In this document: positions 19,667 to 28,854 of the stretch, one piece after another
Position numbering within the stretch: position 1 is the first letter of the stretch
Layout: the number at the start of each line of letters is the position of its first letter
Source of the DNA: an uncultured Bacteroidales bacterium
GTDB taxonomy: Bacteria > Bacteroidota > Bacteroidia > Bacteroidales > VadinHA17
DNA length: 64,000 bases
Direction: 5' to 3'
Assembly (NCBI GenBank): GCA_963813405.1
Contig: CAWEYU010000005.1
Coordinates: 28,122 to 92,121, forward strand
Position numbers and translations under genes: made by a program
The notes under the pieces: generated by a model
What the model saw: the letters and a program-made list of their open reading frames with translations, nothing else
The model's database searches: none
What the model was told of the DNA's origin: nothing

Positions 19667-21904
19667 ATGAAATCACAAAGCACTTTTCTTTTATTCATTG
19701 TTCTTTTTGCAAATTCTTGTACTCAGGCACCAAAGAAACCGGTTGTTGATCCGAAAAGTGAAGCGTCCATTGAAAACATATTGAAAAAAATGACCCTCGA
19801 AGAGAAAATCGGACAGCTGACCCTCTTTACAAGTGACTGGTCGGTGACAGGTGCAACAATTCGTAAGGATTATCTTGATCTGATAGACAAGGGACAAGTT
19901 GGCGCGATACTTAACGCTTATTCAGTGGATTTTGTGACAAAGCTGCAGAAGCAGGCTGTAGAAAAGACCAGGCTGGGAATTCCGCTTATCTTTGGCTATG
20001 ATGTCATTCACGGCCATCGGACGATTTTCCCAATTCCTATTGCTCAAGCATCCTCATGGGATCTGGCGGCCATAGAAAAGTCTGATCGTATTGCTGCAAC
20101 TGAAGCCTCTGCCGAAGGACTTAACTGGACTTATTCACCAATGGTGGACATAGCTCGTGATCCACGCTGGGGAAGGGTAATGGAAGGTGCAGGAGAGGAC
20201 CCCTTTCTTGGCGGTCTGATCGCTGCAGCAAGGGTCAGAGGCTTTCAGGGCAATAACCTGGCCGCTGATAATACCATACTGGCATGCGTAAAACACTTCG
20301 CCGCTTATGGCGCACCACAGGCAGGAAGAGACTATAATACTGTAGATATGTCCCAGCGGTCACTGTTTGAATGGTATTTACCCCCTTACAGGGCTGCCAT
20401 TACAGCAGGTGCAGCTTCAGTTATGACATCATTCAATGAGATTGCCGGTGTACCCTCTTCATCAAACAAATGGCTTCTTACTGATCTTCTTCGGAATGAA
20501 TGGAACTTTCAGGGTTTTGTGGTTTCAGATTATACTTCAATTAATGAGCTTATACCTCATGGCGTTGCTAAAGATGAGGCACAGGCAGCCGAACTTGCAA
20601 TAAATGCAGGGCTTGATATGGATATGATGGGAAGCATTTATTTAAATAACCTGAAAGAACTGATTAAGACGGGAAAAGTCACCGAAGAAACTGTCAATAT
20701 TGCAGTAAAAAGAGTCCTTACGGCTAAATATAAACTCGGATTATTTGATGATCCTTACAGATACTGTAACAAAAAACGTGAGGCAGATGAAATAATGACA
20801 AAAGAAAACCTGGATTTTGCCCGGAAATTTGCTTCTGAAAGCGTCGTATTATTAAAGAATGATAAAAGCACACTACCGATTAAGAATAACATAAAAACTA
20901 TCGCAGTAATTGGTCCACTTGCTGATTCAAAGCGTGATATGCTTGGCAGCTGGTCTGCTGCCGGTCAGTGGGAGAAATGTGTCACCTTACTCGAGGGAGT
21001 GAAAAATAAACTTAATGATAAAGTCAAGCTTATCTATTCTAAGGGATGTGATGTCAGCAACAAAAACATTGAAGGTTTCAGTGAGGCAATCAATACCGCC
21101 AGGCAAGCCGACTTTATTATCCTGGCGCTGGGAGAAAGTGCAGATATGAGTGGCGAAGCTGCCAGTCGGACCAGCCTGGAATTGCCTGGCGTTCAGATGG
21201 ATCTTGCAAAAAAAGTCATAGAAACAGGAGTGCCGGTTGCAGTTGTTCTTTTCAACGGGAGACCTCTTGTGATAGAAGAGCTTAATAAAATTGCTCCGGC
21301 AATACTGGAGGCATGGTTTGGAGGTACTCAGGCCGGCAATGGAGTTGCAGATGTGCTTTTCGGTGATGTTAATCCTTCAGGCAAACTCACAATGACATTT
21401 CCTAGAAATACCGGACAAATTCCGATATTTTACAGTGTTAAAAACACAGGAAGACCCGTTGATCCTGCCAATCCTGCACAGAAATATAAATCCAAATATC
21501 TTGATAGCCCGAATACTCCTTTGTTTCCATTTGGTTACGGGCTTGGTTATACTACTTTCAAATATTCGGACATAAAGATGAATAAAACATCTTATAAGAG
21601 AGGTGAATCGTTGGAAGCTTCTGTAAAAGTAACAAACACAGGCAACACTGATGGAGAGGAAATAGTTCAGCTTTACATCCATGACAGGGTGGGAGATGTC
21701 ACCCGACCTTTGAAAGAGCTGAAAGGATTTAAGAAAATAAGTATTAAAAAAGGAGAGACGATAGGCATCTCATTCACCATCAACATGAATGAACTCTCAT
21801 ACTATCATCAGGATATGAGTTTTACTTATGATCCCGGAGAATTTGACCTTTATATCGGACCTGATTCTGCAGAAGGGCTGGTGACCAGTTTTTCAATATT
21901 ATGA
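19667..21904 (+). CDS. bglX: GH3 beta-glucosidase
   Basis: ATG 19667 gives a signal peptide (the track start 19646 overlaps the upstream gene). GH3 motifs are present: GYDVIHGH, KHFAAYGAPQAGRDYN and the nucleophile context GFVVSDY. A C-terminal FnIII-like domain is also present. Confidence 0.85.
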   Translation: MKSQSTFLLFIVLFANSCTQAPKKPVVDPKSEASIENILKKMTLEEKIGQLTLFTSDWSVTGATIRKDYLDLIDKGQVGAILNAYSVDFVTKLQKQAVEKTRLGIPLIFGYDVIHGHRTIFPIPIAQASSWDLAAIEKSDRIAATEASAEGLNWTYSPMVDIARDPRWGRVMEGAGEDPFLGGLIAAARVRGFQGNNLAADNTILACVKHFAAYGAPQAGRDYNTVDMSQRSLFEWYLPPYRAAITAGAASVMTSFNEIAGVPSSSNKWLLTDLLRNEWNFQGFVVSDYTSINELIPHGVAKDEAQAAELAINAGLDMDMMGSIYLNNLKELIKTGKVTEETVNIAVKRVLTAKYKLGLFDDPYRYCNKKREADEIMTKENLDFARKFASESVVLLKNDKSTLPIKNNIKTIAVIGPLADSKRDMLGSWSAAGQWEKCVTLLEGVKNKLNDKVKLIYSKGCDVSNKNIEGFSEAINTARQADFIILALGESADMSGEAASRTSLELPGVQMDLAKKVIETGVPVAVVLFNGRPLVIEELNKIAPAILEAWFGGTQAGNGVADVLFGDVNPSGKLTMTFPRNTGQIPIFYSVKNTGRPVDPANPAQKYKSKYLDSPNTPLFPFGYGLGYTTFKYSDIKMNKTSYKRGESLEASVKVTNTGNTDGEEIVQLYIHDRVGDVTRPLKELKGFKKISIKKGETIGISFTINMNELSYYHQDMSFTYDPGEFDLYIGPDSAEGLVTSFSIL

Positions 21905-22351
21905 TCCCAGCAACTTCTTTACCTTATCTGAAATTACTTTGCCATCAGCCTTTCCGGCTAATTCTTTAGTGGCTATACCCATAACTTTACCCATATCTGC
22001 CGGAGATTTTGCCCCTGTACTTGCAATTATGACTTTCAGGATACTTGTAAGTTCATCTTCGCTGATCTTTTCAGGAAGATATTTTTCAAGTACATCGGCT
22101 TCAGATACTTCTTTTTCATATAAGTCAGGTCGGTTGTTTACCTTAAATATATCTGCTGATTCTCTTCTTTGTTTAACCAGTTTCTGGATGATTTTTAATT
22201 CCTCATCAGGGCTCAGGACAGAATCAGCACCCTTTTCCGAACGGGCAAGGACAAATGCGGTTTTTGCAGCCCGTATTGCCTCAAGGGCAACTTTATCCTT
22301 TGCTTTCATTGCTTTCATCAGATCGCTCGAAATTCTCTCTGTTAGTGACAT
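21899..22351 (-). CDS. GatB/YqeY domain protein
   Basis: 150 aa. The segments ...DLMKAMKAKDKVALEAIRAAKTAF... and ...MGKVMGIATKELAGKADGKVISDKVKKLL are typical of the YqeY family. Confidence 0.8.
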   Translation of the reverse strand: MSLTERISSDLMKAMKAKDKVALEAIRAAKTAFVLARSEKGADSVLSPDEELKIIQKLVKQRRESADIFKVNNRPDLYEKEVSEADVLEKYLPEKISEDELTSILKVIIASTGAKSPADMGKVMGIATKELAGKADGKVISDKVKKLLGS

Positions 22352-22845
22352 GTTATAGAATTTAAATTATACTAAAGTTATTGGTTTTCCCAATATAAAG
22401 ATACTAGATACTTTTTTCAAAAGGAGGATAACCCGGGATATTATCTTTCAAATACCTGATGATAAAAAGTTTAATATGATATTTACTATAGTTTACCAAA
22501 GCAGATACTCATTCAAGTATATTCGCGTTGTCATGTGATCTGCGAATCCATTCAATGTTATAAGAGATTAGATTTCTTAATAATATCTTAATCTCATTTT
22601 AATTTTATTTTAATTCTATGGAGGGAGTATTAGTATATTTTTACAGTAGTGGTTGGTTTTAAAGAATTTACAATATCTTCCCTACCCGGAAGATGCTTAA
22701 ACTTCTCTTGGAAAGATTGGGTGGCGATGAAACAATAAGGTTATTTTGACGTTAAGAATTAAAGAGTTGATGTGGAGTTCCAATGCAATTTTATCTATGC
22801 TTCTAATCGAAACTAAAATACCTATCTAATAATTATTTGTTCCTG

Positions 22846-23715
22846 ATGTCTAAGACTGGTCATAAAATTTACATAGCAATACTGGTTGCGATAGTATCTT
22901 TCCTTTTCATTACAATTATTTACAGAGGTATATCCTATTATATGGTTGGGATTGAAGAAAGATTTTATCATCCCGATCATAATCTGTTAAAACCAAGTGG
23001 CATTCTTGGCCACGGCATGGGAATAATAGGATCTGTTTTGATGATTGCAGGTGTAATTATCTACATGATTCGGAAAAGATACCGCATATTTGCCAGGATG
23101 GGGGTATTAAAACACTGGCTTGAATTTCACATATTTCTTTGTACTCTTGGCCCAATAATGGTTCTTTTTCATACCGCCTTTAAATTCGGTGGATTAGTGG
23201 CAATAAGTTTCTGGAGTATGGTAGCAGTGTTTCTGAGTGGCATAATCGGCAGGTTTATTTATATACAAATCCCAAGAACGATTGAGGGACGTGAACTTAA
23301 TTTTAATGAAATAAGGGAATTGAAAAGCGATGTTGCCGGATTGGTAAAAAGTTCATACAAATTAGATGAAGAAAGTTATAATATAATTGTCGCTTCTATT
23401 AAAAAAAAGGTTGAGGTGATACATGGAAATCCGATTGTAAGTTTTTTCAGGAAACGTTCCGATGACAGAAGAGCTTTAAAGTCGGTAAAGAGATTACTTA
23501 GGCAAAAAGAAATGGCTAAAACTGATTCCAGAATAATAGTTGCTATGGTAAAAGATGATGTAAAGCTCAACAGGAAAATGGAGAACCTCGATACTATGCG
23601 TAATCTGTTTAAGTACTGGCATGTTGTACATTCTCCATTTGCCCTTCTGATGTTAATTATCATGGTTGTTCATGTTGCAGTTACAATTGTACTTGGTTAT
23701 CGATGGATTTTTTAG
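22846..23715 (+). CDS. His-rich polytopic inner-membrane protein (possible b-haem carrier), first gene of the cytochrome cluster
   Basis: The track start is TTG 22837; ATG is at 22846. There are about 5 TM helices carrying His (GILGHGMGIIG, KHWLEFHIFLC, VLFHTAF, YWHVVHSPFALLMLIIMVVHVAV). A charged loop of about 100 aa lies between TM4 and TM5. Function is inferred only. Confidence 0.5.
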   Translation: MSKTGHKIYIAILVAIVSFLFITIIYRGISYYMVGIEERFYHPDHNLLKPSGILGHGMGIIGSVLMIAGVIIYMIRKRYRIFARMGVLKHWLEFHIFLCTLGPIMVLFHTAFKFGGLVAISFWSMVAVFLSGIIGRFIYIQIPRTIEGRELNFNEIRELKSDVAGLVKSSYKLDEESYNIIVASIKKKVEVIHGNPIVSFFRKRSDDRRALKSVKRLLRQKEMAKTDSRIIVAMVKDDVKLNRKMENLDTMRNLFKYWHVVHSPFALLMLIIMVVHVAVTIVLGYRWIF

Positions 23716-25049
23716 ATATGGAACCACTCCTTGAAAAAATATTGATCTATTCTCTCACTATCATCCTTGCGGTGACGCTGGTTATCATTTACCTGCGGAA
23801 AAAGAGCAAAGAATCGAGAATAGTGGAAGAAAAAATTAAGAAAGCTAAAGAATCAGGCATGCATGAACCTGTTTCTCTGCACCCTTATATTGATGAAACA
23901 AGGTGTATCCAGACAGGAGCATGTATTACGGCCTGTCATGAACATGATATATTAGGAATCAGGAACGGCAAGGCTACGATTATTAATGCCTCCAGGTGTG
24001 TCGGACATGGTGCATGTTTTCATGCGTGTCCTACCGAAGCAATAAGTTTGCGGATAGGGACTGAGCAGAGAGGAGTGGACCTTCCACATATAAATTCAAA
24101 TTTTGAGACTAATGTGTCGGGTATTTTTATTGCAGGGGAACTTGGAGGTATGGGCCTTATTAAAAATGCAACAGTGCAAGGCAGAAAGGCTGCGGAGAAC
24201 ATTGCTAAAACAATAAAAAAAGATCATCCTGCTACTTATGATCTGATAATAGTAGGTGCAGGTCCTGCAGGCATTGCAGCAAGTCTCACAGCAAAGAAAC
24301 TGGGTCTGAAATTCCTGGTACTGGAACAGGATACTCTGGGAGGGACAGTTTTTACTTTCCCAAGAAAAAAAATCGTTATGACTTCTCCGATGGACCTTCC
24401 ACTTGTAGGGAAAGTTAAACTATTTGAGACAAGCAAAGCTGAACTGCTTGATCTCTGGCAGACAGCCCTTCAGAAAAACGAGATTACTATCACAGAAAAT
24501 TCCAAAGTAGAATCAATTGTCTGTGAGAATGGGATATTTAAGGTATTTACTTTGAGAGGAGATAATTTTACAGCTGCAACAGTCTTGCTGGCAATCGGAA
24601 GACGTGGAACACCACGCAAATTGAACGTTCCGGGTGAGATGACAGAAAAAGTTGCCTATCGGTTACTTGAACCCGAGGTAATTTCAGGTAAGGATATTCT
24701 TGTTGTCGGGGGAGGTGATTCTGCAGTCGAAACAGCCTTATTGCTGGCAGAACAGAACCATGTTACAATTTCCTACCGGAGTGATGCATTTAATCGTATA
24801 AAGTCTAAGAATAACACCGCGTTAAATGAAGCCGTTGCTGCTGGAAAATTAGATATCCTGCTTGGTACAAATCTTACATCAATAGAGGAGGGTAACATAA
24901 ATCTTTCATTTGGCAAGGATGGAAAGCAACTTAAGTTAAAAAATGACCTCGTATATATTTTTGCCGGAGGAGAGCTTCCAACACAATTTCTGGAGAAAGC
25001 TGGAATAAAAATAACCAAGAAATTTGGTGAGACAGTTTTGAAACATTAA
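23703..25049 (+). CDS. membrane-anchored 4Fe-4S ferredoxin-domain protein fused to an FAD/NAD(P)-binding oxidoreductase
   Basis: Overlaps the upstream ORF by 13 nt. N-terminal TM (ILIYSLTIILAVTLVIIYL). Two Cys clusters (CIQTGACITAC, CVGHGACFHACP). Dinucleotide folds IIVGAGPAGIAAS and LVVGGGDSAVETA resemble thioredoxin-reductase-type enzymes. Confidence 0.75.
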   Translation: MDFLDMEPLLEKILIYSLTIILAVTLVIIYLRKKSKESRIVEEKIKKAKESGMHEPVSLHPYIDETRCIQTGACITACHEHDILGIRNGKATIINASRCVGHGACFHACPTEAISLRIGTEQRGVDLPHINSNFETNVSGIFIAGELGGMGLIKNATVQGRKAAENIAKTIKKDHPATYDLIIVGAGPAGIAASLTAKKLGLKFLVLEQDTLGGTVFTFPRKKIVMTSPMDLPLVGKVKLFETSKAELLDLWQTALQKNEITITENSKVESIVCENGIFKVFTLRGDNFTAATVLLAIGRRGTPRKLNVPGEMTEKVAYRLLEPEVISGKDILVVGGGDSAVETALLLAEQNHVTISYRSDAFNRIKSKNNTALNEAVAAGKLDILLGTNLTSIEEGNINLSFGKDGKQLKLKNDLVYIFAGGELPTQFLEKAGIKITKKFGETVLKH

Positions 25050-25102
25050 TAAGACAACAGGACACAGGCCATGGGCACCAGGAGACACGTAAGATAATAT
25101 TT

Positions 25103-26722
25103 ATGTGGAGTAATTTAAAAAAAATATCCGCTGCAGTATTACTAATGGTTTTATCGTTCATAAGGACTGCTGCACAGATCTCACCCGGCGATCTGGCATC
25201 TCCCCATTCTCATCTCGAAGGACTCTCCAATTGTACCCAGTGCCATGTAATAGGAAACAAGGTTACTAATGAAAAATGTCTGATCTGCCATACCGAAATT
25301 CAGCAGAGACTGTCTTCGGGAAAGGGATACCATACCTCTGCGGAAGTCTCCGGAAAGCAATGTACAGCTTGTCATAATGATCATCATGGGAAAAATTTCC
25401 AGCTTGTAAGGTTTGATACTGCAAAATTTGACCATAAACTTACCGGTTATACTTTATCGGTACCTCATGCTAAGAAAAAATGCGCCGATTGTCATGATAC
25501 AAAGTTCATTACAGATCAGAAAGTTAAGATAAAGAAGTACACCTTTATGGGTGTCGGAAAAGAATGTTTAAACTGTCATATTGATTATCATATAAAGACC
25601 CTTTCATCAGCTTGTCTTGATTGTCATAATCCGGACGTTTTTAAACCGGCAACAAATTTTAGTCATGAAAGGACAAAATTTAAACTTTCTGGAAAACATA
25701 AAGAGGTTGAATGTTTAAAATGCCATAAGTTAGAAGTGAAGGAGGGAAAGAAATTTCAGGTGTTCAATGGTATTCAGTTTAGCAGCTGTACCAATTGTCA
25801 TAAAGACCCCCATCAGAACAGATTTGGTCAGCTATGTACCCAGTGTCACAATGAGGAGACATTCAAGGTAGTCAAGGGAAACAATAAATTTGATCATAAT
25901 CTGACCCATTACAAACTGGAAGAGAAGCACCTGACAGTAAACTGCAAAGCCTGCCACAAGACTAATTTTACAGACCCCCTGAAATTCGGGAAATGCACCG
26001 ATTGTCATGCTGATTATCACAAGAAGCAATTTGTAAAGAATAATGTATCTCCCGATTGTACTCCCTGCCACACAGTAAAAGGATTCACTTCTTTTTCTTA
26101 TACCATTGATCAGCATGGTGACGGTAACTTTCCACTTAAGGGCTCTCATGTAGCAGTTCCCTGTAATGAGTGTCATAAAAAACAAAAAGACTGGAGCTTT
26201 AAAGGGATAGGAATTACTTGCAGTGATTGTCACACAGATATACATAAGACATATATAGGAACAAAATATTACCCGGGGGCAAATTGCACTATCTGCCATA
26301 ATGATACAGGGTGGGATAATATAACTTTCGATCATTCAAAAACTAATTTTGTGCTAACCGGCGTTCATTTGAAACAAAATTGCCGGGCTTGTCATATTCC
26401 AATGGATTCTGCCGGGATTGTTCAACGCGATCCAAAGGGAATTATAATGCAGAAATTTACCGGTTTTACAAAAGGATGTACTGAATGTCATACAGATAAT
26501 CATTTCGGACAATTTGCGAAAAACGGCATTTCAACTTGTACCGATTGTCATCAGACAGATAACTGGAAAGCGACAAAATTCGATCATAATTTAACTGCCT
26601 TTAAACTGGATGGCAAACATATAAATGTTGCATGTGCAAAGTGCCATAAGCCTGAAAAGCAGGGATCCAATTTTTATGTTAAATACAAATTAAAAGATTA
26701 TAGATGCGAATCGTGTCATTGA
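25103..26722 (+). CDS. secreted multihaem cytochrome c, 20 CXXCH
   Basis: Signal peptide MWSNLKKISAAVLLMVLSFIRTAAQ. I counted 20 CXXCH motifs by eye. They sit in reiterated F-x-H-x2-H...CxxCH units resembling c7/c3-type polymers. The protein ends in CESCH-stop. Confidence 0.9.
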   Translation: MWSNLKKISAAVLLMVLSFIRTAAQISPGDLASPHSHLEGLSNCTQCHVIGNKVTNEKCLICHTEIQQRLSSGKGYHTSAEVSGKQCTACHNDHHGKNFQLVRFDTAKFDHKLTGYTLSVPHAKKKCADCHDTKFITDQKVKIKKYTFMGVGKECLNCHIDYHIKTLSSACLDCHNPDVFKPATNFSHERTKFKLSGKHKEVECLKCHKLEVKEGKKFQVFNGIQFSSCTNCHKDPHQNRFGQLCTQCHNEETFKVVKGNNKFDHNLTHYKLEEKHLTVNCKACHKTNFTDPLKFGKCTDCHADYHKKQFVKNNVSPDCTPCHTVKGFTSFSYTIDQHGDGNFPLKGSHVAVPCNECHKKQKDWSFKGIGITCSDCHTDIHKTYIGTKYYPGANCTICHNDTGWDNITFDHSKTNFVLTGVHLKQNCRACHIPMDSAGIVQRDPKGIIMQKFTGFTKGCTECHTDNHFGQFAKNGISTCTDCHQTDNWKATKFDHNLTAFKLDGKHINVACAKCHKPEKQGSNFYVKYKLKDYRCESCH

Positions 26723-28770
26723 CGATATTAAGTCTATTTACCATACTTCTCAATGGGCAAACTAATTCACCCCATGGGGTTGCCTTTAAGGTAAGCTGCA
26801 AAACCTGTCATAGTTCAAAAGGCTGGCAACTCGATAAATCAATCTACTCCTTTGATCACAATACCACAAAATTACCACTCGCCGGCCAGCACGTCCAGGT
26901 AAGCTGCAGGCAATGCCATCCAACCCTGGTATTTTCGGAAGCAAAGACCAATTGTATCGATTGCCATATGGATATTCATCAGGCGACGGTTGGATTTAAC
27001 TGCACAAGATGCCATACACCGCAATCGTGGCTGGTAAATAACATAAACAATATTCACCAGATGAGCCGTTTCCCATTAATTGGGGCTCACAGGACAGCAG
27101 ATTGTTCACAATGTCACAAGTCTGAAAGTCTGTTGCGTTTTGATGCTATCGGAATTAATTGTGTGGATTGCCATCTGGATAAGTATCTGGCCACCACAAA
27201 TCCAAACCATCCCCAGGGGGGGATATCCAGGGAATGCATCTTATGCCACTCTATGACAGCATTTGAATGGGGTGGAGCAGGCTTTAACCATAATGTATTT
27301 CCATTGGTTCAGGGACATTCAGTACCTAAATGCTCCGATTGCCATAAAACATCAGGTTTTTCCGGTTTAAGTACAAATTGCAATTCCTGTCACCAGCCTG
27401 ATTTTGCAGCGGCCAATAATCCTGATCATAATGCATCAAAATTTGCCACAACATGCCAGGACTGTCATTCACTTAGTCCAGGTTGGAAACCTGCAACATT
27501 CACTCATTCAAATTTCTCCCTGGCACTTGGTCATTCAACTGCAGCTTGTATCGATTGCCATACAGGGGGAAATTATACCTCAACTTCAACTGCATGTTAT
27601 GCATGTCATCAGCAGAATTATTCATCAGCTAAAAATCCAAATCATATATCAGCCGGTTTTTCTCAGCTTTGCCAGGATTGTCATTCACTGAAGCCAGGAT
27701 GGAAGCCGACTGGTTTCAATCATAGCGGATTCCCGCTTACCCTGGGTCATTCAGTACCAGTTTGTTCAGATTGTCATAAAACAACAAGCTATGCTTCCAC
27801 TCCAACTGCTTGTTATTCATGTCATCAGGTTGATTTTACAGCAGCATTAAATCCTAACCATTCTACCGCAGGATTTCCAACCAGTTGTGAGACATGTCAT
27901 ACTACAACTCCAGGATGGAAACCTGCGTCATTCAACCACACGAGTTTCCCTCTTACACTTGGGCATGCAATACCCACCTGTGCTGATTGCCATAAAGGTA
28001 ATTATACAGTGACATCGATCGACTGTTATGCATGTCACCAGAAGGATTATACAGCAACTACAAATCCGAATCATAATTTATCTGGTATTCCTACTGCCTG
28101 CAAGACATGTCACACCACGAATCCTGGATGGACTCCTGCGACATACAATCATACTACTTTCCCGCTTACGCTCGGACATGCCACACCAACCTGTAACGAT
28201 TGCCATAAAGGTAATTATACAGTGACATCAACCGACTGTTATGCATGTCACCAGAAGGATTATACAGCAACTACAAATCCGAATCATAATTTATCTGGTA
28301 TTCCTACTGCCTGCAAGACATGTCACACCACTAATCCGGGATGGACTCCGGCAACTTACAACCATACTGTTTTTCCGCTTACGCTCGGACATGCCACACC
28401 AACCTGCAACGATTGTCACAAAGGAAATTATACAACAACATCCACCGATTGCTACGCCTGTCATACTGCTGATTACAATAACAGCACCAATCCTAACCAT
28501 AGAACATTAGGATTTGCAACTGTATGTACACAATGTCATACTACTACTCCGGGATGGAAACCTGCGTCATATACTCAGCATGACGCTCAATTCTTTCCGA
28601 TTTATTCCGGCCGACATCTTGGCAGATGGACTAAATGCAGCGATTGTCATACAAATACAACTAATTATCTTTTGTTTGATTGTATCCACTGCCATACAAG
28701 TTCGCATAGAGGAAGCAATTACTCCAATGCGCAATGTTATAGCTGCCACCCAAGAGGAACAGGAGGATAG
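26704..28770 (+). CDS. secreted multihaem cytochrome c, 28 CXXCH (7 N-terminal, 6 tri-haem modules, 3 C-terminal)
   Basis: The start overlaps the upstream stop by 19 nt. Short signal peptide MRIVSLTILSLFTILLNGQ. I counted 28 CXXCH motifs by eye. Confidence 0.9.
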   Translation: MRIVSLTILSLFTILLNGQTNSPHGVAFKVSCKTCHSSKGWQLDKSIYSFDHNTTKLPLAGQHVQVSCRQCHPTLVFSEAKTNCIDCHMDIHQATVGFNCTRCHTPQSWLVNNINNIHQMSRFPLIGAHRTADCSQCHKSESLLRFDAIGINCVDCHLDKYLATTNPNHPQGGISRECILCHSMTAFEWGGAGFNHNVFPLVQGHSVPKCSDCHKTSGFSGLSTNCNSCHQPDFAAANNPDHNASKFATTCQDCHSLSPGWKPATFTHSNFSLALGHSTAACIDCHTGGNYTSTSTACYACHQQNYSSAKNPNHISAGFSQLCQDCHSLKPGWKPTGFNHSGFPLTLGHSVPVCSDCHKTTSYASTPTACYSCHQVDFTAALNPNHSTAGFPTSCETCHTTTPGWKPASFNHTSFPLTLGHAIPTCADCHKGNYTVTSIDCYACHQKDYTATTNPNHNLSGIPTACKTCHTTNPGWTPATYNHTTFPLTLGHATPTCNDCHKGNYTVTSTDCYACHQKDYTATTNPNHNLSGIPTACKTCHTTNPGWTPATYNHTVFPLTLGHATPTCNDCHKGNYTTTSTDCYACHTADYNNSTNPNHRTLGFATVCTQCHTTTPGWKPASYTQHDAQFFPIYSGRHLGRWTKCSDCHTNTTNYLLFDCIHCHTSSHRGSNYSNAQCYSCHPRGTGG
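27283..28569 (+). repeat. six tandem in-frame tri-haem modules (3 x 216 bp, then 3 x 213 bp)
   Basis: Module consensus: [FY]NH-x2-FPLTLGH-x4-C-x-DCH-(9-11)-C-Y-x-CH-(9)-NPNH-(10)-C-x2-CH-x3-PGW-x-PA. Units 27991-28203 and 28204-28416 are about 94% identical, with a perfect core of about 100 nt. Confidence 0.9.
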
Positions 28771-28854
28771 AGTTTATTATATCAATGTGATTATTATCAT
28801 ATATGACCAGACAAGACTTAGAGTTTAATTCCGTTAATTAACAGTGTAAAGTCA

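Noticed and set aside
21939-22358. 139-aa plus-strand ORF. Similar long antisense ORFs occur at 35782-36147, 37436-37858, 38102-38509, 9406-9879 and 3185-3532.
   Set aside because: Each lies entirely antisense to an ORF with clear family motifs (YqeY, Cmk, EamA transporter, etc.). Each has low-complexity, S/L/F/I-rich composition typical of shadow frames.
22352-22845. 494-bp AT-rich leader of the cytochrome cluster, examined for FNR boxes, sigma-54 -24/-12 elements, TAnnTTTG motifs and structured RNA.
   Set aside because: I found only weak features: ATTCGC-N15-GCGAAT at about 22522-22548, ttttaatt iterations and a near-miss TATTTTGA. Nothing is strong enough to call by eye. The region needs transcription start mapping.
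28028-28510. Two out-of-frame ORFs (65 and 89 aa) with identical N-termini (MHVTRRIIQQLQIRIIIYLVFLLPARHVTP).
   Set aside because: They are alternative-frame shadows of the 213-bp tandem duplication inside the 28-haem cytochrome gene. They are useful only as a flag for the repeat.
25103-28770. Possibility that the 20-haem and 28-haem ORFs (19-nt overlap, different frames) are one frameshifted 48-haem gene.
   Set aside because: The downstream ORF begins with its own signal-peptide-like sequence, closely paralleled by the independent start of the 16-haem paralogue. The upstream ORF ends cleanly at CESCH-stop. Two separate secreted proteins is the simpler reading.
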